53,560 bases of DNA, taken from the IMG/VR virus record IMGVR_UViG_3300006754_000025, positions 1 through 53,560 of that record, one strand, 5' to 3'. Shown here in pieces: positions 27,312 through 36,864 of this stretch. The DNA is from a virus (taxonomy: Duplodnaviria; Caudoviricetes). The notes under the pieces are model-generated. The model made no database searches. It was not told where the DNA came from and saw only the letters and a list, made by a program, of their open reading frames with translations. Both the position numbers and the translations under genes were made by a program. Positions within the stretch are counted from its first letter, which is position 1; every line of letters starts with the position of its first letter.

Positions 27312-28216
27312 TAGTGACCCCACACTGTAAGGGTCGCAGTTACATCAAAGGTCGCGTCCTCATCGCTCGCGATTGTCGGATTGATCGCGCCCGTCGCTGA
27401 AAATGCGCGGAGTTCCGTCGACGATAGGGTCCCAGACACGTACGCTACCTCGAATTCATCGACTAAGTGATGTGTTAGCCGTGTCAATTTTGACCACTTC
27501 AGTGTTTCGACCGGGTTTGTCCCGCCGCTCTTTTGGCCACACGTCACACCCCAGTACTTAATGAACCAGCCAGCACCCCCAACGCCCCACGGAGTCGGTG
27601 GGATGTCATCGGCCTTATCTTTGATCGTGAAGGATGATGACAGTGAAATGCGGTAAACGCCGATTTTGAGGACGTTGATTCCCGCACCGCCGACGCTCAA
27701 CACGCCACCATTACCGACGCCAACGGTGTACCCTTGCGAGTCGACCGTCATCGACTGGTAAGCACCTGTCCCGTCCGTCGTCCCTGTCAGGCTGACGGTT
27801 AGCGACGGCAAGCCCGACGCTCCGTAGTCGAACAGAGCGAGGCGATTGATCGAATCAATATCCCCGATGACTCCAAAGCCGTTACCTGTCACGTTGGAGT
27901 TGTAGCGCGACGTGACAGCCGGCCCGAAGATTTGACCGTGAAACGGCCCGACCGAAGGCGGGTCGTACGCTCCAATACATGGCGTCTCGAATGTAACGGA
28001 ACCGTAGTCGCCAGCACCCATCCCCTTGGGTCCGTTGAAACACGTATTCCCCACGCCGGCGACCGAAGGGGCTTGCACGCGAACAACCTCTGTTCCTTCC
28101 GCATCCACGTCGACGCCAGTGTATTCGACCACGCCGAATGGAACGACAGCCCCCAAGCCCACGTTTCGGCACGGAACCCATCGTTGCTGCGAATACTGGT
28201 CGTACGTGCAACTCAT
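27311..28216 (-). CDS. tail fibre/receptor-binding paralog 2
   Basis: Same N-domain; ATGA coupling gives the start at 28216. Confidence 0.7.
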   Translation of the reverse strand: MSCTYDQYSQQRWVPCRNVGLGAVVPFGVVEYTGVDVDAEGTEVVRVQAPSVAGVGNTCFNGPKGMGAGDYGSVTFETPCIGAYDPPSVGPFHGQIFGPAVTSRYNSNVTGNGFGVIGDIDSINRLALFDYGASGLPSLTVSLTGTTDGTGAYQSMTVDSQGYTVGVGNGGVLSVGGAGINVLKIGVYRISLSSSFTIKDKADDIPPTPWGVGGAGWFIKYWGVTCGQKSGGTNPVETLKWSKLTRLTHHLVDEFEVAYVSGTLSSTELRAFSATGAINPTIASDEDATFDVTATLTVWGH

Positions 28217-29088
28217 GACATCCTCAGAAATCGCGTCTTGCCCTTCGCGCGCCAACCGAATTCGTCGCGGAGTGAGTTCCTAATCTTCATGTTCCACAGT
28301 GTGAGAAAGCTACCTTGTCCGTTGCTCCGAACTCGCAACCGGTACTCTTTCTGAAACGCTTCGGCGCCAAATGTGTGTTGCACGAGATTTCCCCATTGAA
28401 CCTCTAGGCGTACTTCAGTGTTTCCCCCTGGCGTAACGAGAATACAGCCAGCGTTCGACTCCTCGCTCCACGTCCAAGGAACAAATATCCGTTCCTCGAC
28501 TTCGAGATGCCACGTCGCCGCCATGTGGATGATCAATCGCTGCGATTGAACCGTCCACGTTTCGGGACTCTCAGGAATACCTGCGCCCCCATCACCTGCC
28601 TCGCCCCAGATAATAGGAATTTCATGCCACTGATCGGTAGGAGGAAACGAAAAGAGTGGCATCTCGTGCAGCGTATAAAACCAGCCAGCGCCGACATCTT
28701 GATCCTTGACTCGCTCGACGATCGCGCGTCCGTCTTCGTTTCCAATGATGATCCAGTGATTGACGCCTCGGCGCAGGGCTCCCGAACCAGGGTTCGTTCC
28801 CCAATGTTCGCCAGCCTGCGGGAACCCATCCGAGACGTTGTAGTTAGCCGTCGCCGGACCAGTGAATGTCACCATGCCATATTGGTTCGCCCCGAGCAGC
28901 ATTGCGCCATTGATCGCGGTGGCGTGGGTCGGTTGGGCGACCTGGCGGACGCGGACGACCTCTTCAAGGCCGCCGCGAAACTCCGTGCCAACGTGTTCGC
29001 AAACGTCAAACGGCTGAATGTCGGTCGTCCCAGCGTTGATCGCTTGAACAAACCGTTGGAGCCGAAAGGGCGCCGTTCGATTTGACAT
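28213..29088 (-). CDS. tail fibre/receptor-binding paralog 1
   Basis: Same N-domain, more diverged; TGATG coupling gives the start at 29088. Confidence 0.7.
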   Translation of the reverse strand: MSNRTAPFRLQRFVQAINAGTTDIQPFDVCEHVGTEFRGGLEEVVRVRQVAQPTHATAINGAMLLGANQYGMVTFTGPATANYNVSDGFPQAGEHWGTNPGSGALRRGVNHWIIIGNEDGRAIVERVKDQDVGAGWFYTLHEMPLFSFPPTDQWHEIPIIWGEAGDGGAGIPESPETWTVQSQRLIIHMAATWHLEVEERIFVPWTWSEESNAGCILVTPGGNTEVRLEVQWGNLVQHTFGAEAFQKEYRLRVRSNGQGSFLTLWNMKIRNSLRDEFGWRAKGKTRFLRMS

Positions 29089-30602
29089 CAACCTCCCCCA
29101 TGAAGAAAGTCGAAGTCCATGTTGGTGCTGGCGCGCGTTGTCGCTAGTTCGCCGTTGCCCCAGCGGAATTCGCATCGCTCGATCTTGCCATTGGGAAAGC
29201 AGTCGTTGCGGAAGCCGTCGTATTCGATGTCCTTCGCTTCGTCGAACTTAGTTTCCAGCAAGTCGATATAAGCGTCGCAGGCGTCACGGATGTCCGACAG
29301 GTTGTCGTCGTTATTGTTCTTCAGCCAATCCCCAACAAACGAGTATTGCTGGACAAACCGGCGCACGAGGTCTTCGCGGTAAACGACGGCGACGCCATCG
29401 CTGGCCGGTTCAATCTCCCGTTCGCGGACGTAGCGGTCCAGTTGCCCATTCTCATGGCGAGCGTTGTAGGCGCAGCGGAGATACAACCGGGCTTCGTCTG
29501 TCTGGCCGAGCGTGAACTTGTAGACGGGAAGCGGGAAAAAGACTCGCCCCTCATCGCCCTGGACCTCAAAGTCGCCCAGGTACTCAGTGTTTCCGCTGGT
29601 CGTCGCCATCACCATGTGACCGTTCGCAAACTCACCGAATATCTTAGCGCCTTGCGACAGCTGCTCGGCGGTCAACTTGTCTTCCGCTGACTCCAACAGG
29701 TGGTCGAGGATTGGCCGCGCCTGCTTGGGGTCAAAGATGTCGTCAGGGTCCATTTCTGGAACATCGAGCGGCGCATCTTCCCACCAACTGATTTGGTAAT
29801 ACCGCCAAACCGTCTTCAGCGCCAAGTAGCGATTCGCTCCGACGCCGGCGAACGATTCAGGAGACTCCGAACCCCAGCCAAAAAAGGGACGGTAGCTCAA
29901 GTCGATTGGCTGTTTCCACGTCCCGTCAGACTCTTGCCCGATTGCTCGCAACCGAAACATTGCTTGGAACTCTGTCGGCCCGCACACGACGCGGACGTAT
30001 CGCGGCTTAGCCGACTGCATCGTCCGCTGCGAGTTGTTCATGCTGCCGGAAGTTGGCAAATCGTCGCCCTCGCCAACTTTATGGACCTTATAGCTGCCAT
30101 CTTCAACTGGGCAGAACGCCAACCCCTCTTGCCGGCAAAGCGAATTGATCGCGTCGACTGAGTCGGAGGCGTCCCAATCAACATCGGGGTAGCTGTCGCC
30201 GTCCGCACTCGCGCTGTCGATCGTGATGTCCAGTTGGTCCGCAATCTCGTCGAACAACTCTTGGGCAGACTTCTTGTTGGCGTCGTCAACCGGCTCGTTG
30301 TCGCCGCCTCGCCGATTGAACCGACCGCCGAGCTTGCCTTGCTCGATCTTCCACCGCTGGTCCTTAATGCGATGGCGCATCAGGAACTTTCCGCCACGCC
30401 TCAGAAACACGCTGCGGACGATCCGAATGTCGGGGAAGTTGATCGTCGTCCCGCCGTACGCGAGCGTCAGCGTATCGATGATTGGCGTCGTGTTGGCCGC
30501 TTCGGTGTAGATGATCCCCTCGCCGGGCGCAGCACCAGGCGTAAGCGACAAATAGCCGCCGACAGAACGAAGCGTAGAGAGTGTTGCGGTTCCTTGTGGC
30601 AT
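29088..30602 (-). CDS. tail tip/baseplate hub-like protein
   Basis: 504 aa; AQELFDEIADQL...VDW...DAINSLC..EG pattern of hub proteins; position after the Dit-like gene. Confidence 0.55.
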   Translation of the reverse strand: MPQGTATLSTLRSVGGYLSLTPGAAPGEGIIYTEAANTTPIIDTLTLAYGGTTINFPDIRIVRSVFLRRGGKFLMRHRIKDQRWKIEQGKLGGRFNRRGGDNEPVDDANKKSAQELFDEIADQLDITIDSASADGDSYPDVDWDASDSVDAINSLCRQEGLAFCPVEDGSYKVHKVGEGDDLPTSGSMNNSQRTMQSAKPRYVRVVCGPTEFQAMFRLRAIGQESDGTWKQPIDLSYRPFFGWGSESPESFAGVGANRYLALKTVWRYYQISWWEDAPLDVPEMDPDDIFDPKQARPILDHLLESAEDKLTAEQLSQGAKIFGEFANGHMVMATTSGNTEYLGDFEVQGDEGRVFFPLPVYKFTLGQTDEARLYLRCAYNARHENGQLDRYVREREIEPASDGVAVVYREDLVRRFVQQYSFVGDWLKNNNDDNLSDIRDACDAYIDLLETKFDEAKDIEYDGFRNDCFPNGKIERCEFRWGNGELATTRASTNMDFDFLHGGG

Positions 30603-30603
30603 A

Positions 30604-31920
30604 TCACGTCGTTGCGGCGAATGTGACCTTCACGTCGCACGGCGGGTCCCACACACGTAGGTCCTTCGTCGTGATTCCGTTCAGATCAAGACCCGCCGAC
30701 AGTGTCGCGATGCCTAGCGGATCGGCGTAGCCGGCTCCCTTATAAAGGTCCACCGCGCCCAGGCTCTTGACTCGCGGATCGTTTCGTAGGTCAATGATTC
30801 CACGATCGTAGGCGGCGATTGTGCCAGTGCCGGCAGCCCCCTCGATCAATAGCGTCGTGTACTTGAGGGTGAAGTTGGTCGAGCCCGATTCTGACCGCTG
30901 ATAGTACGTTCCGCCGCCGCCCTTGCCGTCGACCGTGGTCGGCGATGTTAGCGCGTAGACCTTGCCTCCGCTCATGTTCACCGTCCCGTACGTCCCGCTA
31001 CCCAGCGTCACTGTTGCGTTCGATCCGAGGTTGAGCGTGTCGACTTCCGCCGAGTTCCCGTCGCCGACTCCAAATTCAACATCGCCACCGGTGACCGTCC
31101 ACGTTGAAGTGATTGTCGAAGCGGTGATGATGTTGACCGGCGCTTGCGTCGAGCGTACGGCGGTCTGATACACCAAGCCGTTAACCGTTGACGCGGTACT
31201 GGTATCGACTTTGACCCAACTCATCGAATTAGTGCCGGCTTGCTCGCCATTAACACCGACATTGACGGCGATCGTCCCCGTCCCAATTTCCAAATGCGTT
31301 GGTAGCATCTCAGGATATGGGTACGAAGGATCATCGACGTTGATTGCTGGCAGCCCAACCGGATATTTGCAGTCTTTCCGGTAGTCCACTTCCGCGAGGT
31401 TGACGGCTGCTTGGTTGATTCCAAACTTAAGCGGCGAGGTCGCTCGGTAGTCGAAGATCGCGGTGTCGCCGGTACTCGGCGCTGTCCCACCTTCCCAGTT
31501 GGCCGCCGTCCCCCACGCGGCGCCGCTACCCGCTGCGATGTCCACTGATTGCAGCGTCGTGCCGGACCCTGACGTGTCCGACCAATTCAGAGTGAACGGA
31601 CGCCCGTCTACCTTGCCGACGAAATTGAGGGTTGTCGTCGCAGTCGTATACGTGACCGCTGACAACTGCCGGAATTCACCGTACGCCGATCCAAGCCCCG
31701 TAACGCTTGACCCGCTCGTCAGTGACCCGTTGCCCGTCATCATGTAGACCACGTCGTTGCCGATGTCATTGAGCGACGCACTGCCCAGCGTCAACGTCAA
31801 CGAAACCGCGCCGTCTAGGTCGATCGTAATCGTCTCGGACGCGGACCACGTCCCGCCCAAACCGACCGACTCCTCTTTAGCGACATTCGACGCGCCGCCG
31901 ATCCATGCGATATTTGCCAT
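30604..31920 (-). CDS. tail-associated beta-helix-like protein
   Basis: Gly/Thr-rich; W.TAANW.GG..P..GD...F motif followed by short beta repeats. Confidence 0.6.
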   Translation of the reverse strand: MANIAWIGGASNVAKEESVGLGGTWSASETITIDLDGAVSLTLTLGSASLNDIGNDVVYMMTGNGSLTSGSSVTGLGSAYGEFRQLSAVTYTTATTTLNFVGKVDGRPFTLNWSDTSGSGTTLQSVDIAAGSGAAWGTAANWEGGTAPSTGDTAIFDYRATSPLKFGINQAAVNLAEVDYRKDCKYPVGLPAINVDDPSYPYPEMLPTHLEIGTGTIAVNVGVNGEQAGTNSMSWVKVDTSTASTVNGLVYQTAVRSTQAPVNIITASTITSTWTVTGGDVEFGVGDGNSAEVDTLNLGSNATVTLGSGTYGTVNMSGGKVYALTSPTTVDGKGGGGTYYQRSESGSTNFTLKYTTLLIEGAAGTGTIAAYDRGIIDLRNDPRVKSLGAVDLYKGAGYADPLGIATLSAGLDLNGITTKDLRVWDPPCDVKVTFAATT

Positions 31921-31923
31921 TTT

Positions 31924-32685
31924 CTACCTCTTTTCAGGCTCGTCCACGGGGTTAAACCCAATGGGTGCCTCGAATTCGTAGTACCACGTTGTCTTGAAAT
32001 TCTCGAAACCGTTACGTTGGTGGTGCGCGCTGGTGTGACCGACTCGCGTCTTGTCATGTTTAAGGAACGTGGCCCACTGCGGCACGGCTGGCAGCATGTA
32101 AGGTCCGTACGCCATCACAGCGTGACCCCACTGACGGGCACGCCCTTTAGTGAATTCATGCGTGGTCTGGACGACTGGCGGCCCAATCTCGTATTCGTAA
32201 ACCTCGAACCGAGGTCCGCCTGTCCCAATGACTTGAATCTCGTTGTGCCATTCCAGTAGGTTTTGATCGAACTGACCGCTATCAACCGGATACTCTGCCT
32301 TCAATGTGATTTGCAACGTCCGTTGGGTCGCCAACTCCGCGCCATCGTTGCCCGTGAAGTTCATCCGTAAAACTTGAATGCCGTTGATCGATCCGGTCGC
32401 GTCGATGACGTGCGACGTTGGCGTACCGTCATCCCAGAACAAGCCGGCCTGCTCACCAGCGAGCGGCGGCCCGGCAAGCCCGTCGAATCCGTACCCCGTC
32501 CGCAACTCGGAAAGCTCGGTATCGAAGTTCGATTGGCCGGTCGTGCAGATGACGACTTCTGTCGTGAACACCTCGATGCGGCGGAATTGGTGTCCGCGAT
32601 TGCTGTACGTCTGCTGCATATCGTGCGACAGCAAGTTGACTTCTGAGACGGGATGCTCGAAATCGCGGAACTTGAAGATGGTCAT
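31924..32685 (-). CDS. distal-tail (Dit)-like protein
   Basis: 253 aa beta-rich protein immediately after the tape-measure slot; called mainly on position. Confidence 0.4.
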   Translation of the reverse strand: MTIFKFRDFEHPVSEVNLLSHDMQQTYSNRGHQFRRIEVFTTEVVICTTGQSNFDTELSELRTGYGFDGLAGPPLAGEQAGLFWDDGTPTSHVIDATGSINGIQVLRMNFTGNDGAELATQRTLQITLKAEYPVDSGQFDQNLLEWHNEIQVIGTGGPRFEVYEYEIGPPVVQTTHEFTKGRARQWGHAVMAYGPYMLPAVPQWATFLKHDKTRVGHTSAHHQRNGFENFKTTWYYEFEAPIGFNPVDEPEKR

Positions 32686-33668
32686 TCGCTGGTGAACCTC
32701 GCGTCTTCGAGTTGACGAACAGACGAGGTGACGCCACGAATATGATCAGCGATGCTGCCGAACATCTGAATGACTACGTCTTCCAGTTGGTCAATCTGTT
32801 CATTGACTTCCTCGCCGGCCTGCTCGATGCCCGCCGTGTCGAAGTCGCCTTGGCCGCCCTGATCGTGCGTCTGCGTGCCTTGGACGCTCTGCGATCCGGC
32901 GTTCTGTGTAATGTTGTCGCCAAAGTATCCGTCAGCGTTTTGGTTCGACCACTGAGGTTCGTAAGCCTTGGGCGCCTGTTCAGTCGGAACCGCTGGCGGT
33001 GGAACGTCATCAAGCGGAGGATGACTCGTAAACGCACCCCCGACGCGCGGTGAGGTTTCAATTCCCGGCGCCGGAGGTGTCAGCAACGATGCGGGTTGAG
33101 GTAACCCACTACCACCCCAAGGCGCCCCAGTAGCAGGAGGAGAGGCGCTAGGAGTTTCGGGCGCCGCTACCGGCGCGAGGTCTTCTGCGAATGCCGGCTG
33201 CGGATCTTGCCATGCCGACTCTGGAAGTGGCGGAATGCTCGCCGACTGCTGCACCTGGCCGAGCGGTTTGCGGTGCGCCTCGGCCATTTCCCACGGGTTG
33301 GTCGGTAGATCATCCGCCGTGGTTCGACGAGCCTCGCCGCCGAACATTGATGGATCAATTGACGTGGCCGGAAAGTCAGTGGCCTCATAAGGCTCCCACC
33401 CCGCCGGCAGTTCTTGGTCCGGTAGCTTTGGTGATTCACCTACTTCAGCGGCGGGTAGTTCAGCGTCGGGCAACCCCTCTTCTCGCAACGGAGCGTCAGG
33501 AAGGTCGGTGTCGGGCAACCCCTCTTCGGGTGACGGTATGTCGAACGGATCGTCGTCGGCGAAGTCGGCATCACTGACCTCGGGCGGGGTTTCCAAGTCG
33601 ATCTGGAACTCGCCGCCCTCGTGAAAGTAGCCGTCGCCGTATTCGTATTCTTCGTATTCGTTAGGCAT
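32682..33668 (-). CDS. acidic Pro-rich protein in the tape-measure position
   Basis: 328 aa D/E/P-rich with one C-terminal amphipathic helix; directly follows the chaperone pair and overlaps both neighbours. Confidence 0.65.
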   Translation of the reverse strand: MPNEYEEYEYGDGYFHEGGEFQIDLETPPEVSDADFADDDPFDIPSPEEGLPDTDLPDAPLREEGLPDAELPAAEVGESPKLPDQELPAGWEPYEATDFPATSIDPSMFGGEARRTTADDLPTNPWEMAEAHRKPLGQVQQSASIPPLPESAWQDPQPAFAEDLAPVAAPETPSASPPATGAPWGGSGLPQPASLLTPPAPGIETSPRVGGAFTSHPPLDDVPPPAVPTEQAPKAYEPQWSNQNADGYFGDNITQNAGSQSVQGTQTHDQGGQGDFDTAGIEQAGEEVNEQIDQLEDVVIQMFGSIADHIRGVTSSVRQLEDARFTSE

Positions 33669-33987
33669 TTGCTTTCGCCGCCCATTCCTTGGCGTTCCGA
33701 ATAACCACCGCGTTGCGCCTCACGATCGCGTCGCGAGGAAACGAACCGACCGCCTCGCACTCCCGATGGAACTGCCAGGCCAGTCGGTTTTGCTCTGTCA
33801 AAGCCCGGTTGTGGTCGGGTGTTCCTTTGGGGCATCCAACGTCCGTTTCGCACATCGGCTTGGTGTATCGTTTCATCGGTTCGCCGCGCCGAATCATAGG
33901 CTGTCCTGTCGCCTCGTCATATTGCCATTTCAGGCACGTTTGACATTCGCGAGATGAGACGAGCGGATACACCAACGCCAGCTTCAC
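33661..33987 (-). CDS. tail assembly chaperone, frameshift extension (GT-like)
   Basis: In the -1 frame of the upstream chaperone with no intervening stop; Cys-rich. Confidence 0.65.
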   Translation of the reverse strand: MKLALVYPLVSSRECQTCLKWQYDEATGQPMIRRGEPMKRYTKPMCETDVGCPKGTPDHNRALTEQNRLAWQFHRECEAVGSFPRDAIVRRNAVVIRNAKEWAAKANA

Positions 33988-33995
33988 CCCGCTAC

Positions 33996-34337
33996 TCAGT
34001 TTTTTGCCGCTTCCTCGGCGGGTTGGTTTGCCATGACCTGTTCAAACATCTTCAGCTTGACTTTGGGATGCAGCCTCGCGACGTGCTGCGGATGGATCGG
34101 AACTGTACCGTCGTTGCCATCCCGCACATCCCATTCGACCATTGACCCCGCAATCGCCACGTCGACGATGTCTTCTCGGTTCCGCCCCTCCGCATGCAAT
34201 TTCATTCGCGAGTAGACTTCCGCTCGATCGCCGCCGAACTTGGGGCGAAACAGGAAGTTGACTTCAGGGTGCAACCCATCGACCGCGTTGATGCGGCCCG
34301 GCTGTGTGTACCCGTCATAGATGTACGCTGCTGGCAT
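33996..34337 (-). CDS. tail assembly chaperone (G-like)
   Basis: 113 aa after the tail tube gene; VEWDV..DG..VPI motif; ends in the slippery site. Confidence 0.7.
   Translation of the reverse strand: MPAAYIYDGYTQPGRINAVDGLHPEVNFLFRPKFGGDRAEVYSRMKLHAEGRNREDIVDVAIAGSMVEWDVRDGNDGTVPIHPQHVARLHPKVKLKMFEQVMANQPAEEAAKN
33999..34005 (-). other. -1 programmed ribosomal frameshift site A AAA AAC
   Basis: GCA AAA AAC TGA at the end of the chaperone ORF; the -1 frame reads CTG AGT AGC GGG GTG AAG into 33987. Confidence 0.75.
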
Positions 34338-34340
34338 CTG

Positions 34341-35246
34341 TTACACCGTTGCATCATTGGTTACGACTAGTTCTTTCGCCGCGTCCGTTTCGTAGGCGAC
34401 GAGTTTCACGTAATTGGTAATCTCGCGTTTCCCCTGCACCTTTGGCGTTCGCGGCTCTTGGTGCAACGCAGGGAATGTAAAGAGTGTGCTGACCGATCCA
34501 TTGGTGAATGTTAGCGTCCCCGTCTTCGCCGTCGTCCCGTCCGTGTACACGTCGACTTCGTCAGCCGAATTGAACGGCAACGTGAATTCGAGACTAATGG
34601 ACCGCGTCGTCGGGCAAAGACTGGTCGGAGTCAGCGAGTTGGTGAACCGCATGTCAATGCCGTTGTCGATCGTAAGCCGCCAGTTCATCATGGCGATCGC
34701 GTCACTAGCCAGAACCAGCGCACCCGTCGAGTCACTATGCACGTAGGGCTGATCCGCCGCCGTTGATCCCATGCCGCCGGCTGGAACCCATGACGATGGC
34801 GTCGCGTCTTCGGTCGTCCCCATGAACTGCACTTTCAGTTCAACCAACCCGCCAGCCTGCGACTGGAAGATCGCACGGTTGACGTGGCAGCCGGTGAAGT
34901 CGAAGTATTCGCCGTCTAGATACTTGGCGATCGCCACTGCTGGAATCGTCTCAGCCAACGCGAAGGTGTCGCCGGACGCTGCCGCGCCTAAGATCATCGG
35001 CAACCAGACATCCAAGTCGGCTGGCGAAGGATGAGTTGTAATCTCACCTTGCACAAACTGCGCACGATCGCGGGTGCGATTCGAGTGAAGCGACCGCGTG
35101 CCGCGAACGCCATCGCTGTTGACGATCGAGATAATCTGCTCGATCGACTCATTAGTGAATTCGACTTCGTATGCCGATGACGTAATCGCCGCTGCTTGCT
35201 CGATTGCCAGTCGTGCTTGGGCGCCTTGTGAAGCGTTGCATGCCAT
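34341..35246 (-). CDS. major tail tube protein
   Basis: 301 aa; FTNESI...SDGVRGTRS, FTGCHVN.......GLVELKV.FMG, LTIDNG - two-domain tube protein pattern. Confidence 0.75.
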   Translation of the reverse strand: MACNASQGAQARLAIEQAAAITSSAYEVEFTNESIEQIISIVNSDGVRGTRSLHSNRTRDRAQFVQGEITTHPSPADLDVWLPMILGAAASGDTFALAETIPAVAIAKYLDGEYFDFTGCHVNRAIFQSQAGGLVELKVQFMGTTEDATPSSWVPAGGMGSTAADQPYVHSDSTGALVLASDAIAMMNWRLTIDNGIDMRFTNSLTPTSLCPTTRSISLEFTLPFNSADEVDVYTDGTTAKTGTLTFTNGSVSTLFTFPALHQEPRTPKVQGKREITNYVKLVAYETDAAKELVVTNDATV

Positions 35247-35248
35247 GT

Positions 35249-35689
35249 TTAATTTCCTCTCTCTTCACGAGAGATGCAGATAATAGCCATCGTCGTCGCG
35301 ATGTGGTTCTTACGCCACTTGTCTGGTATGACGACGTGACCAAACCGAACGTGTACGGTGTGAACGCTCGTGACGCCGGACAGCCGCTGATGGATAAATT
35401 CACGTCGAATCTTTTGTCGCCAGGTCGCGATGCGGCCAACGTGGTCCGACTCGCTCCCGCTAGTTCCGCGAACGATCGTCACCATGATTGGGTAGGCGAT
35501 GTCGTCGCAGGTGTTCGTGCCTTCTAACTCCCATTCCTTTTCCGGCAGGTGGACTGTTACGCCCGAGTGGATCTTGTGTTGATCCCAAGGCGCAATCCGC
35601 TTGTTCACGCCGTTGTCGCCAAGCCCGTCTAGGCTCAACGCATCAATTTGCGTGACAATCTGATCCATGCTGTCTTCAAGGACGCTCAT
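35249..35689 (-). CDS. tail terminator-like protein
   Basis: 146 aa with alpha-beta-beta-alpha-beta layout, between the adaptor and the tube. Confidence 0.55.
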   Translation of the reverse strand: MSVLEDSMDQIVTQIDALSLDGLGDNGVNKRIAPWDQHKIHSGVTVHLPEKEWELEGTNTCDDIAYPIMVTIVRGTSGSESDHVGRIATWRQKIRREFIHQRLSGVTSVHTVHVRFGHVVIPDKWRKNHIATTMAIICISREERGN

Positions 35690-36864
35690 TAAGTGGGACT
35701 CGCGTTAACAACTTCGTCCGGTACTGTTGACCAACCGCGCCAATGGAACGGGTGTTGAACAGACCCAGACGACGAGTTTCGGTTTCGTGAGTCGCCGCCG
35801 GCTGCCTCTTGCAGCGCCAACATCGCCAGCTGCACGTACTCCGCGCGATCCTCTCGCTTCGTCAGTAACGCGAACTGGGCTTCGCACGCGCGAAGGAAAT
35901 ACGTGTGCATCGTGTCTGTCGTAAAGTCGAGCGGGTCGCTAATCGAATACTTCACGCCAGACGCGCCGATACCTGGCACAGCGTCGATGGTGAGGCTGGT
36001 CGTTGACGCAACCTCATCGACGATTCGGTAAGCGGTGTACGGGTTGTCGCCCTCGCGATCGGTAGGAACCGTGGACGAATCCGACGAAAAGCGAATCACC
36101 GCGCCTTCGTGGTTGGCGGCGCTAAACGCGGTTCCCGTGCCAGTGACGGTCGTCGAAGCCGCGCCATGATCGATCGTGCCGGTGGACTCACTGAATACCC
36201 GCAGCGGTCGCGGGCCGGCTTGGTAGTTGAATTCGTACGTGCGTGCCGTCGATGGCGGCGGGCTTAGCGTCATCGTCAACGCGCCGTAGTAGTCCGAGTC
36301 GCCAGCGTTGATCGTGAAGATGGTCGGCGTGCTGGGCGTCTGATACCAAATCGAGTGGCCTAGCGCTTCGGGCGGGTCGCGATAGTCGATCGCGTAGTTG
36401 CCGATGACATCCCACGCCTTATCGATCTTGCGGAAGTTCGACGGGAATGGATAGGAAGCCCGGTAGCAGATGTAGGAAGTTCCAGCAACTACATCTGCAC
36501 CGGGATTCAACTGTTCGGAAAGCGTCACGGTCGTTGACGAACCGTAAGACTCGATCGGGTAATGCGCCTGATCGCTGGCGAAGTAGATTCGGTACAGATC
36601 CGCGTTCGTCGGAAACGTGTCGCCCGTCAACGTGACGGTTCGCGTGGAATGCGTGTAGGCGACGCTTCCGTCTGACACCGACGCTTCACTGCGGATCGAA
36701 TAGCGTCGCTCGTAGTACCGCCACTTATAGACGTTCGGCAAAGCTCGATACGCAGCAAGGATCGCTCGGCGCACATTGCGACCTTCCCGCCCCGTCGTGT
36801 CAACATCGAAGACATCAACGACGTGGTCGTAAGCATCCTTATACGTGTAAAGCTCAATCGACAT
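35689..36864 (-). CDS. head-tail adaptor (podovirus-type) with two inserted beta domains
   Basis: RRAILAAYRAL...W...Y.FP.NF...P..F....LSPPP....Y...Y..P adaptor pattern; inserts TVTLTGDTF and TVTGTGTAF. Confidence 0.6.
   Translation of the reverse strand: MSIELYTYKDAYDHVVDVFDVDTTGREGRNVRRAILAAYRALPNVYKWRYYERRYSIRSEASVSDGSVAYTHSTRTVTLTGDTFPTNADLYRIYFASDQAHYPIESYGSSTTVTLSEQLNPGADVVAGTSYICYRASYPFPSNFRKIDKAWDVIGNYAIDYRDPPEALGHSIWYQTPSTPTIFTINAGDSDYYGALTMTLSPPPSTARTYEFNYQAGPRPLRVFSESTGTIDHGAASTTVTGTGTAFSAANHEGAVIRFSSDSSTVPTDREGDNPYTAYRIVDEVASTTSLTIDAVPGIGASGVKYSISDPLDFTTDTMHTYFLRACEAQFALLTKREDRAEYVQLAMLALQEAAGGDSRNRNSSSGSVQHPFHWRGWSTVPDEVVNASPT

Noticed and set aside
26445-29088. Invertible tail-fibre cassette (Gin/Cin-type) driven by the serine recombinase
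   Set aside because: All three paralogs are co-oriented and complete, I saw no flanking inverted crossover sites, and the recombinase is ~18 kb away.
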